DNA of 64,000 bases from Patescibacteria group bacterium UBA926 (GCA_002293685.1 DBDS01000007.1:40140-104139); one strand, 5' to 3'. Numbered from the stretch's first letter, positions 29,664-38,948 are shown. Made by a program: numbers and translations. The notes: a model not told the origin generated them from the letters alone.

Positions 29664-30365
29664 ATGAAAAAATTATTCTTGACTTTTATATTTATCGGGG
29701 TAGGGATTTACTTTGTTTATCCTAAAATAGATAGAGCCGAACAATCAAATGTTGAAAAGGTATCTGTAAATAATTTACCTAAAACAGTTGCTATAGATGT
29801 TCCTTTCACTTCTCAAGCACCTCTAGATGGACAGTGGGAAGATGACCGTTATCAAAACGCTTGTGAGGAAGCATCTATCCTTATGGCGATGGCTTGGGTT
29901 AATTCATTTACTTTGACGCCAGAAGAGGCAAGCGAGGAAATCGCCAAGCTAACACAATATCAACAAGACCGTTATGGTGAACATCGTGACCGTTCAGCTA
30001 AAGATACTGCTCAGCTCATTCAGGATTATTTTCAGTATGACAATGTAGAATATAAGACTAATATCGACACTGAAGATATTATCGCAGAACTGAATAAAGG
30101 CAATATCGTAGTTGCACCATTCAATGGTCAGAAATTGAATAACCCTTATTATATCCCACCTGGGCCAATTGAGCATATGGCTGTAATTGTAGGTTATGCC
30201 GAGTCAACTGATGAATTTATAGTAAATGACCCAGGTACAAAAAGAGGTAAAGATTTTCGTTATTCTGCAAGTGTAGTCCAAAATGCTTTGCAGGATTATC
30301 CTACTGGCTATCACTTGCCTATAACACAAGTGGATAAGAACATGATAATTATTCGACCAAAGTAA
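29664..30365 (+). CDS. Secreted C39-like (papain-fold) peptidase domain protein.
   Basis: Signal or transmembrane anchor. Candidate catalytic Cys (QNACEEAS) and His (HMAVIVGY). Confidence 0.4.
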   Translation: MKKLFLTFIFIGVGIYFVYPKIDRAEQSNVEKVSVNNLPKTVAIDVPFTSQAPLDGQWEDDRYQNACEEASILMAMAWVNSFTLTPEEASEEIAKLTQYQQDRYGEHRDRSAKDTAQLIQDYFQYDNVEYKTNIDTEDIIAELNKGNIVVAPFNGQKLNNPYYIPPGPIEHMAVIVGYAESTDEFIVNDPGTKRGKDFRYSASVVQNALQDYPTGYHLPITQVDKNMIIIRPK

Positions 30366-30736
30366 TAATCAAACACTGAAGGATAAAAATAGATAACCAC
30401 CATACAGAATTCTTACAGGAAATTATCTTGGTTAAATTCCAAATTAAAGAGGGCTTAATCTGGCTAAAGTTATGGTTTTTCCACAAAAAATAGTTGATGG
30501 TAAAATTTGCTTTTGGTAACCTTAAAAAGCATCATAAACAGTTTTAAAAAATAATCTGAATTATTGACCTTGCGCAGATTGCAAGTAAAGGAAACAACAT
30601 TATAGATATTTATAATTCCAAGCACAGGCAGAGTAAAATAGTATTTTTTAGACCTCTGAAATTTCATACCATAATTCCTAAGCAGAAACCAAGTTTATGG
30701 CAATATGCATCAAAATTTTCCAGTAAAATTTTCATT

Positions 30737-31672
30737 ATGCTTATTGTTGTTGGGATTGCTGGCTTTAGTTTTATATTTTTAGGTAAACCACAAAATAACC
30801 AACCAGAAGGGCAAGTGCTGGGAGCAACTTCTTCTGCTAATCAGGAAGAGAGTAAACCTAGTGAAGATAATCTTCTAATAAAAACAGCCCAAGCTGCTAG
30901 TCTTGAAGATCAAGAGCAAGGCGAGCATAAGCCATTCGAATATGAAGTGGAAGGCGGAGACACATTGTTGGGCATTGCTCAGAAATACAACCTTAAGCTG
31001 GAAACAATCCTTTGGGCTAACAACCTAACTGAAAAGAGCGTAATTAAACCCGGTCAAATATTGACTTTGATTCCAGTAGATGGGGTTCTGCATACAGTTC
31101 AAAAAGGAAATACTATTAGTGAGATCGCCAGCGTCTACAAAGCGGACACTCAAAAAATCATTGATTACAATGGATTATCAGATGTTACGAATATACATGC
31201 TGGAGATGTAGTCATTGTTCCAGACGGTAAGCCTTTACCAACCTCTCCAGCTCCAAAAGGCAACGGTAAGATTGCGAAAGGTACTCCATGGATGCAAGTT
31301 GCAGCAGGTAGCCTTCTGTGGCCTACAACCCATCGTAATGTCAGTCAGGGGTACTCTGCTGCACATCGCGGCTTGGACATCGCTAATGGCGGTAAACCAA
31401 TAATTATTGCTGCTCAAAGTGGCAAAGTGGAATTCGCAGGATCAGATGGCCCATGGGGGAATACAATCGTTATCCGTGGTAATGATGGTCTTGTAACTCG
31501 CTACTCTCATAACTCTGAAAATTATGTTAAAACTGGAGATGATGTAACAGCTGGAGAAACTATTGGTAAAGTTGGCAATACCGGTAATGTTAGAGGTAAG
31601 ACTGGTTTGCATGTTGACTTCAGGGTATATAAGAATGGGGTGGCAATCAATCCAAAATCCGTAACAAAATAA
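30737..31672 (+). CDS. LysM-domain (x2) M23 peptidoglycan endopeptidase.
   Basis: Two LysM motifs (GDTLLGIAQKY.., GNTISEIASVY..) and M23 motifs (HRGLDIA, HVDFRV). Confidence 0.8.
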   Translation: MLIVVGIAGFSFIFLGKPQNNQPEGQVLGATSSANQEESKPSEDNLLIKTAQAASLEDQEQGEHKPFEYEVEGGDTLLGIAQKYNLKLETILWANNLTEKSVIKPGQILTLIPVDGVLHTVQKGNTISEIASVYKADTQKIIDYNGLSDVTNIHAGDVVIVPDGKPLPTSPAPKGNGKIAKGTPWMQVAAGSLLWPTTHRNVSQGYSAAHRGLDIANGGKPIIIAAQSGKVEFAGSDGPWGNTIVIRGNDGLVTRYSHNSENYVKTGDDVTAGETIGKVGNTGNVRGKTGLHVDFRVYKNGVAINPKSVTK

Positions 31673-31724
31673 GGCTCTTAATTTTTAGTTATCATTCTTC
31701 ATATCACGTGAGCTTGAATTAAGA

Positions 31725-31757
31725 AAACACCACCCAATTGGGTGGTGTTTTCTTTGG
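31725..31757 (+). terminator. Rho-independent terminator after the LysM-M23 gene.
   Basis: AAAACACCACCCAATTGGGTGGTGTTTTCTTT. Confidence 0.6.
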
Positions 31758-31810
31758 AACAGCTCGCAGCATATAGCGACCCTTCCGAGTCACTCGATAC
31801 TGCGAGCTGT

Positions 31811-31885
31811 TGGTAGCGCTACGGGGAATCGAACCCCGATTACCAGGATGAAAACCTGGCGTCCTAACCATTAGACGATAGCGCC
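31811..31885 (-). tRNA. tRNA-Glu (anticodon UUC), CCA encoded.
   Basis: Minus-strand cloverleaf: acceptor GGCGCTA / TAGCGCT, D-loop AATGGTTA, anticodon stem CCAGG/CCTGG with loop TTTTCAT, T-arm CGGGG-TTCGATT-CCCCG, ACCA 3' end. Confidence 0.8.
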
Positions 31886-32187
31886 GCGTCCAAGTTTGGC
31901 TCCCGCCTTCGCATACAAGCTGACGCTTGTCTGCTCCGGCTATCACCAATCTTCTCCTTTCAAACTTTCGCTTAACCTTACTCCCTCGCACTGAACCTCC
32001 TCGTGCAACTAGCGTCGGTTCGGCTCGGTCGTGGCCCAAGTAAAAGTTTGCTTTGGAATTTATAGATAACTATCGCATTTTAACAGAAATTAGCAGTTTT
32101 GACAAGTCCAAGACTTCATAAGGTACAGTGTGTAATGCAAATATAAATATATGGAATAATCAGAATATCTTTGATAAAGTAATACTA

Positions 32188-32913
32188 ATGGCAAAAATAA
32201 AGCATGGCTTGGCAGGACGTCCTGAGATTAAAGTTCATTACATCCGTCCTTGGCAGCAAAAACCAAAATCAATTTTTAAACCAAATGCATTGCAATATGT
32301 TATGCTTGGTGTTTTTGGTTTCGGTGTTTTGCTTGGCGGTGGGGTGGTGGCAAACGATAAAATTTCACAAGCAGATCAACTTAGTCGTTCTCAAGGTCAA
32401 GTTGCTAGTGCGACAACTACGGAGCAATGGAGTAAGCCTTTAGATTTTTCGATGGAAGATCTTAATGTTGTTACCGATTTTCTTCCAGCTTTAATCGAAG
32501 AATCAAGACATGAGCCAACACCGGAGGAACTGGCTAACCAAAAGCGTCGCGACCAATTACGTGAATATTTTGTAAACCGGAAAAGTCCGTTCGCCAAAGA
32601 CGATTCAACTCTCGATGCATTCTTAAATTCCAACAACATGAAATTAATGATTGCGATTTCATTTGTTGAGAGTACTATGGGGAAGCGTTGTTACTATAAT
32701 AACTGTAGTGGTATTGGTGGCTACCCTCCAAATTTACGGAAGTACGATTCTTACGCAGACTGGGTGAGGGATTTTGACTCTCTTTTGGAGCGTCGATATA
32801 AAGGTATGAAGCCTGAGCAAATGATGGGAGTGTATGTACAACCTGGAAGTCCGAATTGGATTAACGGAGTTCGTCAGATTTTAGCAGAACTAGAAAAACA
32901 TGGGATTGAATAG
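32188..32913 (+). CDS. Membrane-anchored protein with a C-terminal glucosaminidase-like (GH73-like) domain; putative peptidoglycan hydrolase.
   Basis: Transmembrane helix. C-terminal SFVESTMGKR...YDSYADWVRDFDSLL resembles the GH73 glucosaminidase motif. Confidence 0.4.
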   Translation: MAKIKHGLAGRPEIKVHYIRPWQQKPKSIFKPNALQYVMLGVFGFGVLLGGGVVANDKISQADQLSRSQGQVASATTTEQWSKPLDFSMEDLNVVTDFLPALIEESRHEPTPEELANQKRRDQLREYFVNRKSPFAKDDSTLDAFLNSNNMKLMIAISFVESTMGKRCYYNNCSGIGGYPPNLRKYDSYADWVRDFDSLLERRYKGMKPEQMMGVYVQPGSPNWINGVRQILAELEKHGIE

Positions 32914-33041
32914 ATGAGGGATCCCGGGTCTTCGCCCGGGATTACTAGAACTACCTCCATCTTGATTAATCCAGTAGTAACCCCGGCCTTGAGCCGGGGC
33001 CTTTATTTGACACACGTCAAGAAAAGGATGTAATATATAAG

Positions 33042-33059
33042 TACCCCCCCTAGGGGGGT
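33042..33059. promoter_or_regulatory. Candidate CsoR-type operator: G/C-tract palindrome overlapping a -10 box, upstream of csoR.
   Basis: TACCCCCCCTAGGGGGGT lies 14 bp upstream of the csoR ATG and is preceded by TAATAT. Confidence 0.45.
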
Positions 33060-33072
33060 CAGCAAGATTAAG

Positions 33073-33339
33073 ATGACAAAAGAACAACAAAATTTAGTAA
33101 AGCGAATTAAGACAGCACAAGGTCATCTTGGTGCGGTTGCTAATATGGTTGAAAAAGATGTGTATTGTATGGACATTTTAAATCAAAATCATGCAGTCAT
33201 AGAAGCTTTGCGTAAAATTAACGAACTCATTCTTGAGGGTTATTTAGGTGAGTGCGCTCTAGATGCAGTAAACCACAAGAATCCTGCTAAGCGCAAAGCC
33301 GCAGTAGCAGAATTAGTAAAGATTTATAGTAAGAAATGA
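33073..33339 (+). CDS. csoR: CsoR/RcnR/FrmR-family metal-sensing transcriptional repressor.
   Basis: 88 aa. LVKRIKTAQGHLGAVANMVE..YCMDIL..H, conserved C-H-C ligands. Confidence 0.8.
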   Translation: MTKEQQNLVKRIKTAQGHLGAVANMVEKDVYCMDILNQNHAVIEALRKINELILEGYLGECALDAVNHKNPAKRKAAVAELVKIYSKK

Positions 33340-33361
33340 CCCGATATTTTCCGGGGAAAAT

Positions 33362-33437
33362 GTCGGGTCATCCCGGACTTGATCCGGGATCTCGAGATTA
33401 TTTAGAAGATCCTGACCTTCGTCAGGATGACTTAATT
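33362..33437. repeat. Family-A-related palindromic repeats (variant termini GTCATCCCGGA / GTCAGGATGAC).
   Basis: GGTCATCCCGGACTTGATCCGGGATCTCGAG ... GATCCTGACCTTCGTCAGGATGAC. Confidence 0.5.
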
Positions 33438-33453
33438 ACAGAAAGCAAATAAG

Positions 33454-34386
33454 ATGGAAAAGATATACAACACAATTATAATTGGAAGTGGCCCAGCAGG
33501 CCTAACAGCGGCTTTATACGCAGGCAGAGCAGAGATAGAACCATTAGTAATCGCAGGGCTTCAACCAGGCGGACAGTTAACAATCACAACCGATGTAGAA
33601 AATTTTCCAGGTTTTCCCGAAGGGATTCAAGGTCCCGAATTAGTTGCTAATATGACTAAACAAGCTGAGCGCTTTGGGGCAAAGATTGCATACGAAAATG
33701 TTGCAGGTGTAGATTTTTCACAGAAGCCCTTCAAAGTTAAAACTGATGGCAATGAGTATCAAGCAAAGAGCGTAATCATTGCAACTGGTGCGGAAGTTAA
33801 ATGGCTTGGCTTGGAAAATGAAACTCGGCTTCGTGGTAAAGGTGTAACAGCTTGCGCAACTTGCGATGGATTCTTCTTTAAAGATTTAGACATTGTTGTG
33901 ATTGGCGGCGGAGACAGCGCGATGGAAGAAGCTTTGTTCCTTACAAAATTTGGAAAGTCGGTAACTATTGTTCATCGTCGTGATGAATTTAAAGCTTCAA
34001 AGATAATGCTTAAACGTGCACAAGATCATCCAAAGATTTCATTTATCACAGACGTAACCGTTGTAGATATTTTAGGAGAAGATTCTTTTTCTGGTATTCG
34101 TATCAAGGATAATAAAACTGGTGAAGAACGCGATGTTGCTGCTAAAGGATACTTTGTTGCAATCGGTCACACACCAGCATCGAAAGTATTCCAAGAAGCA
34201 GGAATTGAAGTTGATGCTAAGGGTTATGTGATTCCAAAAGAATTTACACAAACAAATATCGAAGGAGTATTTGTAGCGGGAGATGTTCATGATCATCGAT
34301 ATCGTCAGGCCATCACAGCGGCAGGGGAAGGTTGTAAGGCGGCGTTAGATGTAGAGAAATATCTTACTGAGAAAGCACAGGAATAA
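33454..34386 (+). CDS. trxB: Thioredoxin-disulfide reductase.
   Basis: FAD site GSGPAGLTAALYAGRA, redox CATCDG, NADPH site GGGDSAMEEA. Confidence 0.9.
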   Translation: MEKIYNTIIIGSGPAGLTAALYAGRAEIEPLVIAGLQPGGQLTITTDVENFPGFPEGIQGPELVANMTKQAERFGAKIAYENVAGVDFSQKPFKVKTDGNEYQAKSVIIATGAEVKWLGLENETRLRGKGVTACATCDGFFFKDLDIVVIGGGDSAMEEALFLTKFGKSVTIVHRRDEFKASKIMLKRAQDHPKISFITDVTVVDILGEDSFSGIRIKDNKTGEERDVAAKGYFVAIGHTPASKVFQEAGIEVDAKGYVIPKEFTQTNIEGVFVAGDVHDHRYRQAITAAGEGCKAALDVEKYLTEKAQE

Positions 34387-34390
34387 TTTA

Positions 34391-34492
34391 CTGTCATTCT
34401 GAGCGAAGTCCGCCTAAATCTCGCAGAGATTTTGTGCGGACGAAGCAAAGAATCCCATAAGATCCTTCGTCGCTTCGCTCCTCAGGATGACG
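34391..34492. repeat. Family-A palindromic repeat, intergenic.
   Basis: CTGTCATTCTGAGCGAAGTCCGCCTAAATCTC...GACGAAGCAAAGAATCCCATAAGATCCTTCGTCGCTTCGCTCCTCAGGATGACG. Confidence 0.7.
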
Positions 34493-34683
34493 TCTCTATG
34501 TCATTACCGGGCCCACCGCAGGTGGGAACCGGGAATCCACTAGTATAGACAACATAATTTAATAGATCCCCGGTTCTCCTCGCTCACCGTACCTGTAGTA
34601 CGGTTCGCTCAGTGCTCGCCAGCTTCGAGCTCTTGGCCAAACTAGACAGCTTTCTGGAAATTCTAAAATAATTTATTAGTACT

Positions 34684-35934
34684 ATGAACAATCCATTTGA
34701 ATCTGCGAAAAAACAATTGCAAATAGCAGCCGATACCGCGCAGCTAAATCTAAATCAGGTTGAAAGATTGATGCATCCAGATAGATACATCGAGGTTTCT
34801 ATCCCGGTAGAAATGGATGACGGTTCGCAAAGAATCTTTGAAGGCTTTAGAAGCCAACACAACAATACCATGGGGCCATACAAAGGTGGTATTCGTTATC
34901 ACCAAGACGTTAATCTTGATGAAGTAAGGGCTTTAAGCTTTTGGATGTCTTTTAAAAATGCCGTTATTAATGTTCCTTTTGGTGGTGGTAAAGGTGGAAT
35001 TATTGTAAACCCAAAAGAGTTATCCGAAACCGAATTAGAAAAACTTTCTCGTGGTTACATGCGTCAAATGTGGCGAAATTTCGGTCCGGAAATTGATGTT
35101 CCTGCACCGGATGTAAATACCAACGGTACAATTATGGGCTGGATGCGCGATGAGTTTGAAAAGCTTAGCGGTACAATCGCGCCGGGAGTAATCACAGGTA
35201 AAGCAATTGAAGATGGTGGTAGTGAAGGTCGAACAGAAGCAACTGGTTTTGGCGGCGGTTATATACTTAGAGAAGCCTTGGAAGCAGGTTTGATTTCCCC
35301 TCCTTCTCAAGGAGGGGTGGCCGAAGGCCGGGGTGGTCTAACCATTGCAATCCAAGGGTTTGGTAACGTAGCTACTTATTTGTCTGAATATGTTGCCCAG
35401 CATGGTTTCAAAATAGTTGCGTTGTCTGATAGCAAAGGTGGTGTTTATAGTTCAGATGGTATAGATGTCAGTTTGGCAGAACAGCATAAGAAAATTTCAG
35501 GCTCACTCAAGGATTTAGAAGGAACTTCAGAAATTACTAACGAGCAATTATTAGAACTTGATGTTGATGTATTAGTTCCAGCCGCTTTGGAAAATGTATT
35601 TACAGCAGAAAACGCTGAAAAGATTAAAGCGAAATTTATTCTGGAAATGGCGAACGGTCCAACTACTCCAGAAGCCGACGAAATTTTTGCTAAGAATGGC
35701 GTTACTGTTGTGCCTGATATTTTAGCTAACAGTGGAGGGGTATGTGTTAGTTATTTTGAGTGGTATCAAAATATGCACAATGAGAAGTGGTCAAAAGAAG
35801 ATGCTCTAAAGAAATTAGATGAACACATGGTTGCTGCTTTCAAAGAAGTACGCGATGCTCAAGTAAAATATAATTGTACTCTGCGAACCGCAGCCTATAT
35901 CGTGGCAGCAAACCGAATTCTTTCAAAAATGTAA
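34684..35934 (+). CDS. gdhA: Glutamate dehydrogenase (Glu/Leu/Phe/Val dehydrogenase family). It carries an in-frame family-B repeat insertion.
   Basis: Catalytic Lys box GPYKGGIRYH. NAD(P) site GFGNVA. The inserted peptide ISPPSQGGVAEGRGGL is encoded by repeat B. Confidence 0.85.
   Translation: MNNPFESAKKQLQIAADTAQLNLNQVERLMHPDRYIEVSIPVEMDDGSQRIFEGFRSQHNNTMGPYKGGIRYHQDVNLDEVRALSFWMSFKNAVINVPFGGGKGGIIVNPKELSETELEKLSRGYMRQMWRNFGPEIDVPAPDVNTNGTIMGWMRDEFEKLSGTIAPGVITGKAIEDGGSEGRTEATGFGGGYILREALEAGLISPPSQGGVAEGRGGLTIAIQGFGNVATYLSEYVAQHGFKIVALSDSKGGVYSSDGIDVSLAEQHKKISGSLKDLEGTSEITNEQLLELDVDVLVPAALENVFTAENAEKIKAKFILEMANGPTTPEADEIFAKNGVTVVPDILANSGGVCVSYFEWYQNMHNEKWSKEDALKKLDEHMVAAFKEVRDAQVKYNCTLRTAAYIVAANRILSKM
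35297..35338. repeat. Family-B GC-rich double-hairpin repeat, inserted in-frame in gdhA.
   Basis: CCCCTCCTTCTCAAGGAGGGGTGGCCGAAGGCCGGGGTGGTC. Confidence 0.7.
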
Positions 35935-36336
35935 ATCTAAACGCAAGTCACACGACTTGCGTTTTATTTCAAATAAAAGAGCGCCAGCAGGTGCCAGCGC
36001 TAGGGAATTGATAATTGCTTCTCGGATAAATGAGATAGCTATGGTATGGCGTTCAATTTCCTTGGGTAACAAGTAATCTATTATCCCATGGAATTCTTTT
36101 GCGTAGGGGATGCAATCATCCAGTTTGAAGATTGTGGAAATACCCATTTGTTGTAAACGAATTGTTGATCGTTTGTCGTAGTGGTATTCCCATTCAAAAT
36201 AGTAACCCTTGCCTCGGAAGTGAAGGTTAGTAGGGATTCCATACTGATTCCGACCAATTGTTAATCTTTCTGGATTAAGTTCAATATCGCCGGAGATAGT
36301 GCAAAGAGTCGCAAACTTTTGACAATTCTTAAGCAT
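35923..36336 (-). CDS. Hypothetical protein.
   Basis: 137 aa ORF between gdhA and the protease gene. No motif recognised. Confidence 0.3.
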   Translation of the reverse strand: MLKNCQKFATLCTISGDIELNPERLTIGRNQYGIPTNLHFRGKGYYFEWEYHYDKRSTIRLQQMGISTIFKLDDCIPYAKEFHGIIDYLLPKEIERHTIAISFIREAIINSLALAPAGALLFEIKRKSCDLRLDLHF

Positions 36337-36359
36337 ATCAGACCTCCTTTTGACTAAAT

Positions 36360-37934
36360 TTATGCAGGGATCGCTGGTGTTGGATTAGAATCTTGCGGAA
36401 CAGCCGAGTGCTTACTTGATCTCCATAGTAGGAAACCTGATGCGGTACTAATCAGTATCAAACCGATTAATCCACCCCAAGCATAAAGAGGGGCGTTTTC
36501 AATTTTTTCTCTGGCTTGGTATAGAAAACCATCTTTCGAAGTTCCGGCAGCTATAGAGTCGTTACAGGTGTCGATGTATTTCTGTAAATTTGGATTGTTG
36601 AAAGTTTGGTTGAGACTTTGGGATAAAGAGAATTGTTCATTAGCTTTACGGCAGAGGCTTTGAGCTGCGAAGCTCACACCTTCAGTGAAGCTTGTCATAT
36701 ATGGATTTGCGCTTGGCTTAACATTGTTAGCATTCATCATTGTAATAGCGTGCTCAATAGGTATAGCGAAGCCAAAACTATCACCAACATCTCCATTAGT
36801 GAGGAAAGAGATGACTCCAATCACTTCACCGTTGGTGTTAATCATTGGGCTACCGCTTGAGCCTGGAGAAATCTTTGCATCTGTTTGGTAGACATCGATT
36901 CCTTTGATGCTTCGAACTGAACTGATTGTACCCTGAGTCACACTTTTGCTAAATAAATCATTTGAGCTAAGTTCAGCGCTTGATGGATAGCCGATTAAAT
37001 AAATTTGCTGACCAGCCGAGCCTTTATTATTTCCATTCAAAGTTAGGAAAGGAGTAGCAGTGTGTTCGATGCGGATGAGCGCAACATCTTTGTGGGTTTC
37101 TCGATAGTCATTGTTTATCGCAATCAAAGTCGCTGGAATACTCTCATTTGCTAATTTGATTAATTCTGCTTCATTATCAATCGATACCCCCGATTTACCT
37201 GGATCCAAAACAGTTATAGTTTGCTTTGCGTCGATAGTTGATTTTTCAGATATATATCTTTCGACTTCCATTAAAATATCTAGAGCAAATGCAAACGCCG
37301 CTGATTCTACATCAGGTCCGTATTCTTGTAGAATGGCTTGTTTTAGTGCATTCGCTTCTTGCTCAGAAAGAGTTTCGAGCTGCTCGAATATAGTATTACT
37401 GTAATAATCTAAAGCCCCTAAAATGAATGAATCTAAAATAATATCCTTACTAACAACATGCGCGTTTGTTAAAATATTTCCGCCACTGTCTACAAAAAAA
37501 CCAGTACCTGTGGCACTTGCTTTCGATCGGCCTGTATAATTGGTGCCAGTTGGTACGAATCTAAAGTTGTTAAAATCTATGGTGAATTCAGGGAATGTAA
37601 TGGAACCATCTACTTGATTGAAAATTCTAACAACGGTTGGTGTAGAGATGTCCGCAATCTCTTCTTGTTTTAAAACAACAGGTGATGTTTCACCAAGGAC
37701 ATAACCGTTTTCAAATTGCTTGTAATCAAAAACTTGAGCGATAACCTTTCTACTTATATCTAAAGCCTTCGCTTCATTCGGTGTGTTTACCAACGATTTC
37801 TTTGTTGCATAGTTCTCTATGTCGGCTTTGGCTTGCTTGTCTAAATCTGAGTGGTAATAAAAAGACGCGCCCATAGTAATGAGAATCGCGACCAGACTCG
37901 CCCCCCAAAGCTTTAAAATATAGTGTTTGTTCAT
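36360..37934 (-). CDS. Secreted trypsin-like (S1) serine protease with a C-terminal membrane anchor.
   Basis: Signal peptide. His box TNAHVV. Ser box GSSGSPMIN. C-terminal transmembrane helix plus Pro-rich tail. Confidence 0.6.
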   Translation of the reverse strand: MNKHYILKLWGASLVAILITMGASFYYHSDLDKQAKADIENYATKKSLVNTPNEAKALDISRKVIAQVFDYKQFENGYVLGETSPVVLKQEEIADISTPTVVRIFNQVDGSITFPEFTIDFNNFRFVPTGTNYTGRSKASATGTGFFVDSGGNILTNAHVVSKDIILDSFILGALDYYSNTIFEQLETLSEQEANALKQAILQEYGPDVESAAFAFALDILMEVERYISEKSTIDAKQTITVLDPGKSGVSIDNEAELIKLANESIPATLIAINNDYRETHKDVALIRIEHTATPFLTLNGNNKGSAGQQIYLIGYPSSAELSSNDLFSKSVTQGTISSVRSIKGIDVYQTDAKISPGSSGSPMINTNGEVIGVISFLTNGDVGDSFGFAIPIEHAITMMNANNVKPSANPYMTSFTEGVSFAAQSLCRKANEQFSLSQSLNQTFNNPNLQKYIDTCNDSIAAGTSKDGFLYQAREKIENAPLYAWGGLIGLILISTASGFLLWRSSKHSAVPQDSNPTPAIPA

Positions 37935-38000
37935 ATTTTTTTCTTGCTTTAATTATACCATTTTAGAAAAATAACGCCCAATTCGTGATAAAATGTATGT

Positions 38001-38915
38001 ATGTATGACGTGATTATAATTGGTGCCGGTCCAGCTGGGATGACCGCTGCGATTTACACAGCCCGAAAGAGATTGAACACTTTAGTGCTGGGGAAAGAAG
38101 CCGGCGGGCAGATGGTGTGGAGCAGTGATGTTGAAAACTATACCGGTTTTTCGGTGATTACTGGAGCGGAATTAACTTTGAAGTTTCAAGAACACTTAGC
38201 GACTTTAAAAGATAGTCTCGAAGTAAAAATTGGCAGTGAAGTAGTAAGTCTGGAAAAAAATATCACCAGTTTTGTTGTTGAAGATACAGCAGGAAACCAA
38301 TATTTTTCTAAAGCTGTGATCATTGCTTCGGGGCGTTCACCAAAACACTTAGGAATTCCAGGCGAAAGTGAATTTTTTGGCCACGGTGTCGCAACTTGTG
38401 CAACTTGCGACGCGCCATTGTATAAAAAGAAGACCGTTGCAGTTGTTGGCGGAGGAAACTCAGCGTTAGATGCAGCTTTAGCGTTATCAAAAGTAGCGAC
38501 CCTGGTTTATATCATCGACATTAATCAGTCTTTGGTTGGTGATGTTGTCTTAAAACAGAAGATTGAAAATTCACCAAATGTTAAAATTTTGAACAATACT
38601 AAATCGACAGCTATTCTGGGCGACAAGGTTGTAACTGGTTTGGAAATTGAACCTTTCGGGAAACCTCGCGAGGTTTTAAAAGTAGATGGTGTTTTTATAG
38701 AAATCGGCTACGAACCAAATCATAAGTTTGATGAACTTACAGAAAAAAATGCCAAAGGTGAAATAAAAGTTGACGCAGATTTGATGACCAACGTCCCAGG
38801 ATTATTTGCGGCAGGGGATATCAATGACGCCTGGGGCGAGCAAATTATTATCGCCGCCGGCGAAGGCGCCAAGGCCGCCATGGCTGTAAGTGATTATTTG
38901 AATAAGTTAAAATAG
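38001..38915 (+). CDS. Thioredoxin reductase-like flavoprotein (second trxB paralog).
   Basis: GAGPAGMTAAIY, CATCDA, GGGNSALDAA. Confidence 0.75.
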   Translation: MYDVIIIGAGPAGMTAAIYTARKRLNTLVLGKEAGGQMVWSSDVENYTGFSVITGAELTLKFQEHLATLKDSLEVKIGSEVVSLEKNITSFVVEDTAGNQYFSKAVIIASGRSPKHLGIPGESEFFGHGVATCATCDAPLYKKKTVAVVGGGNSALDAALALSKVATLVYIIDINQSLVGDVVLKQKIENSPNVKILNNTKSTAILGDKVVTGLEIEPFGKPREVLKVDGVFIEIGYEPNHKFDELTEKNAKGEIKVDADLMTNVPGLFAAGDINDAWGEQIIIAAGEGAKAAMAVSDYLNKLK

Positions 38916-38948
38916 ATTGATATAGTACCCACAAAGGAGGACTGAATT

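Noticed and set aside
32915-33037. GC hairpins (GGATCCCGGGTCTTCGCCCGGGAT, CCCCGGCCTTGAGCCGGGGCC) upstream of the csoR operator, considered as additional operators.
   Set aside because: They are not palindromes of the CsoR G/C-tract type. More likely terminator or repeat hairpins for the upstream gene. Only the 33042-33059 site is reported as a candidate operator.
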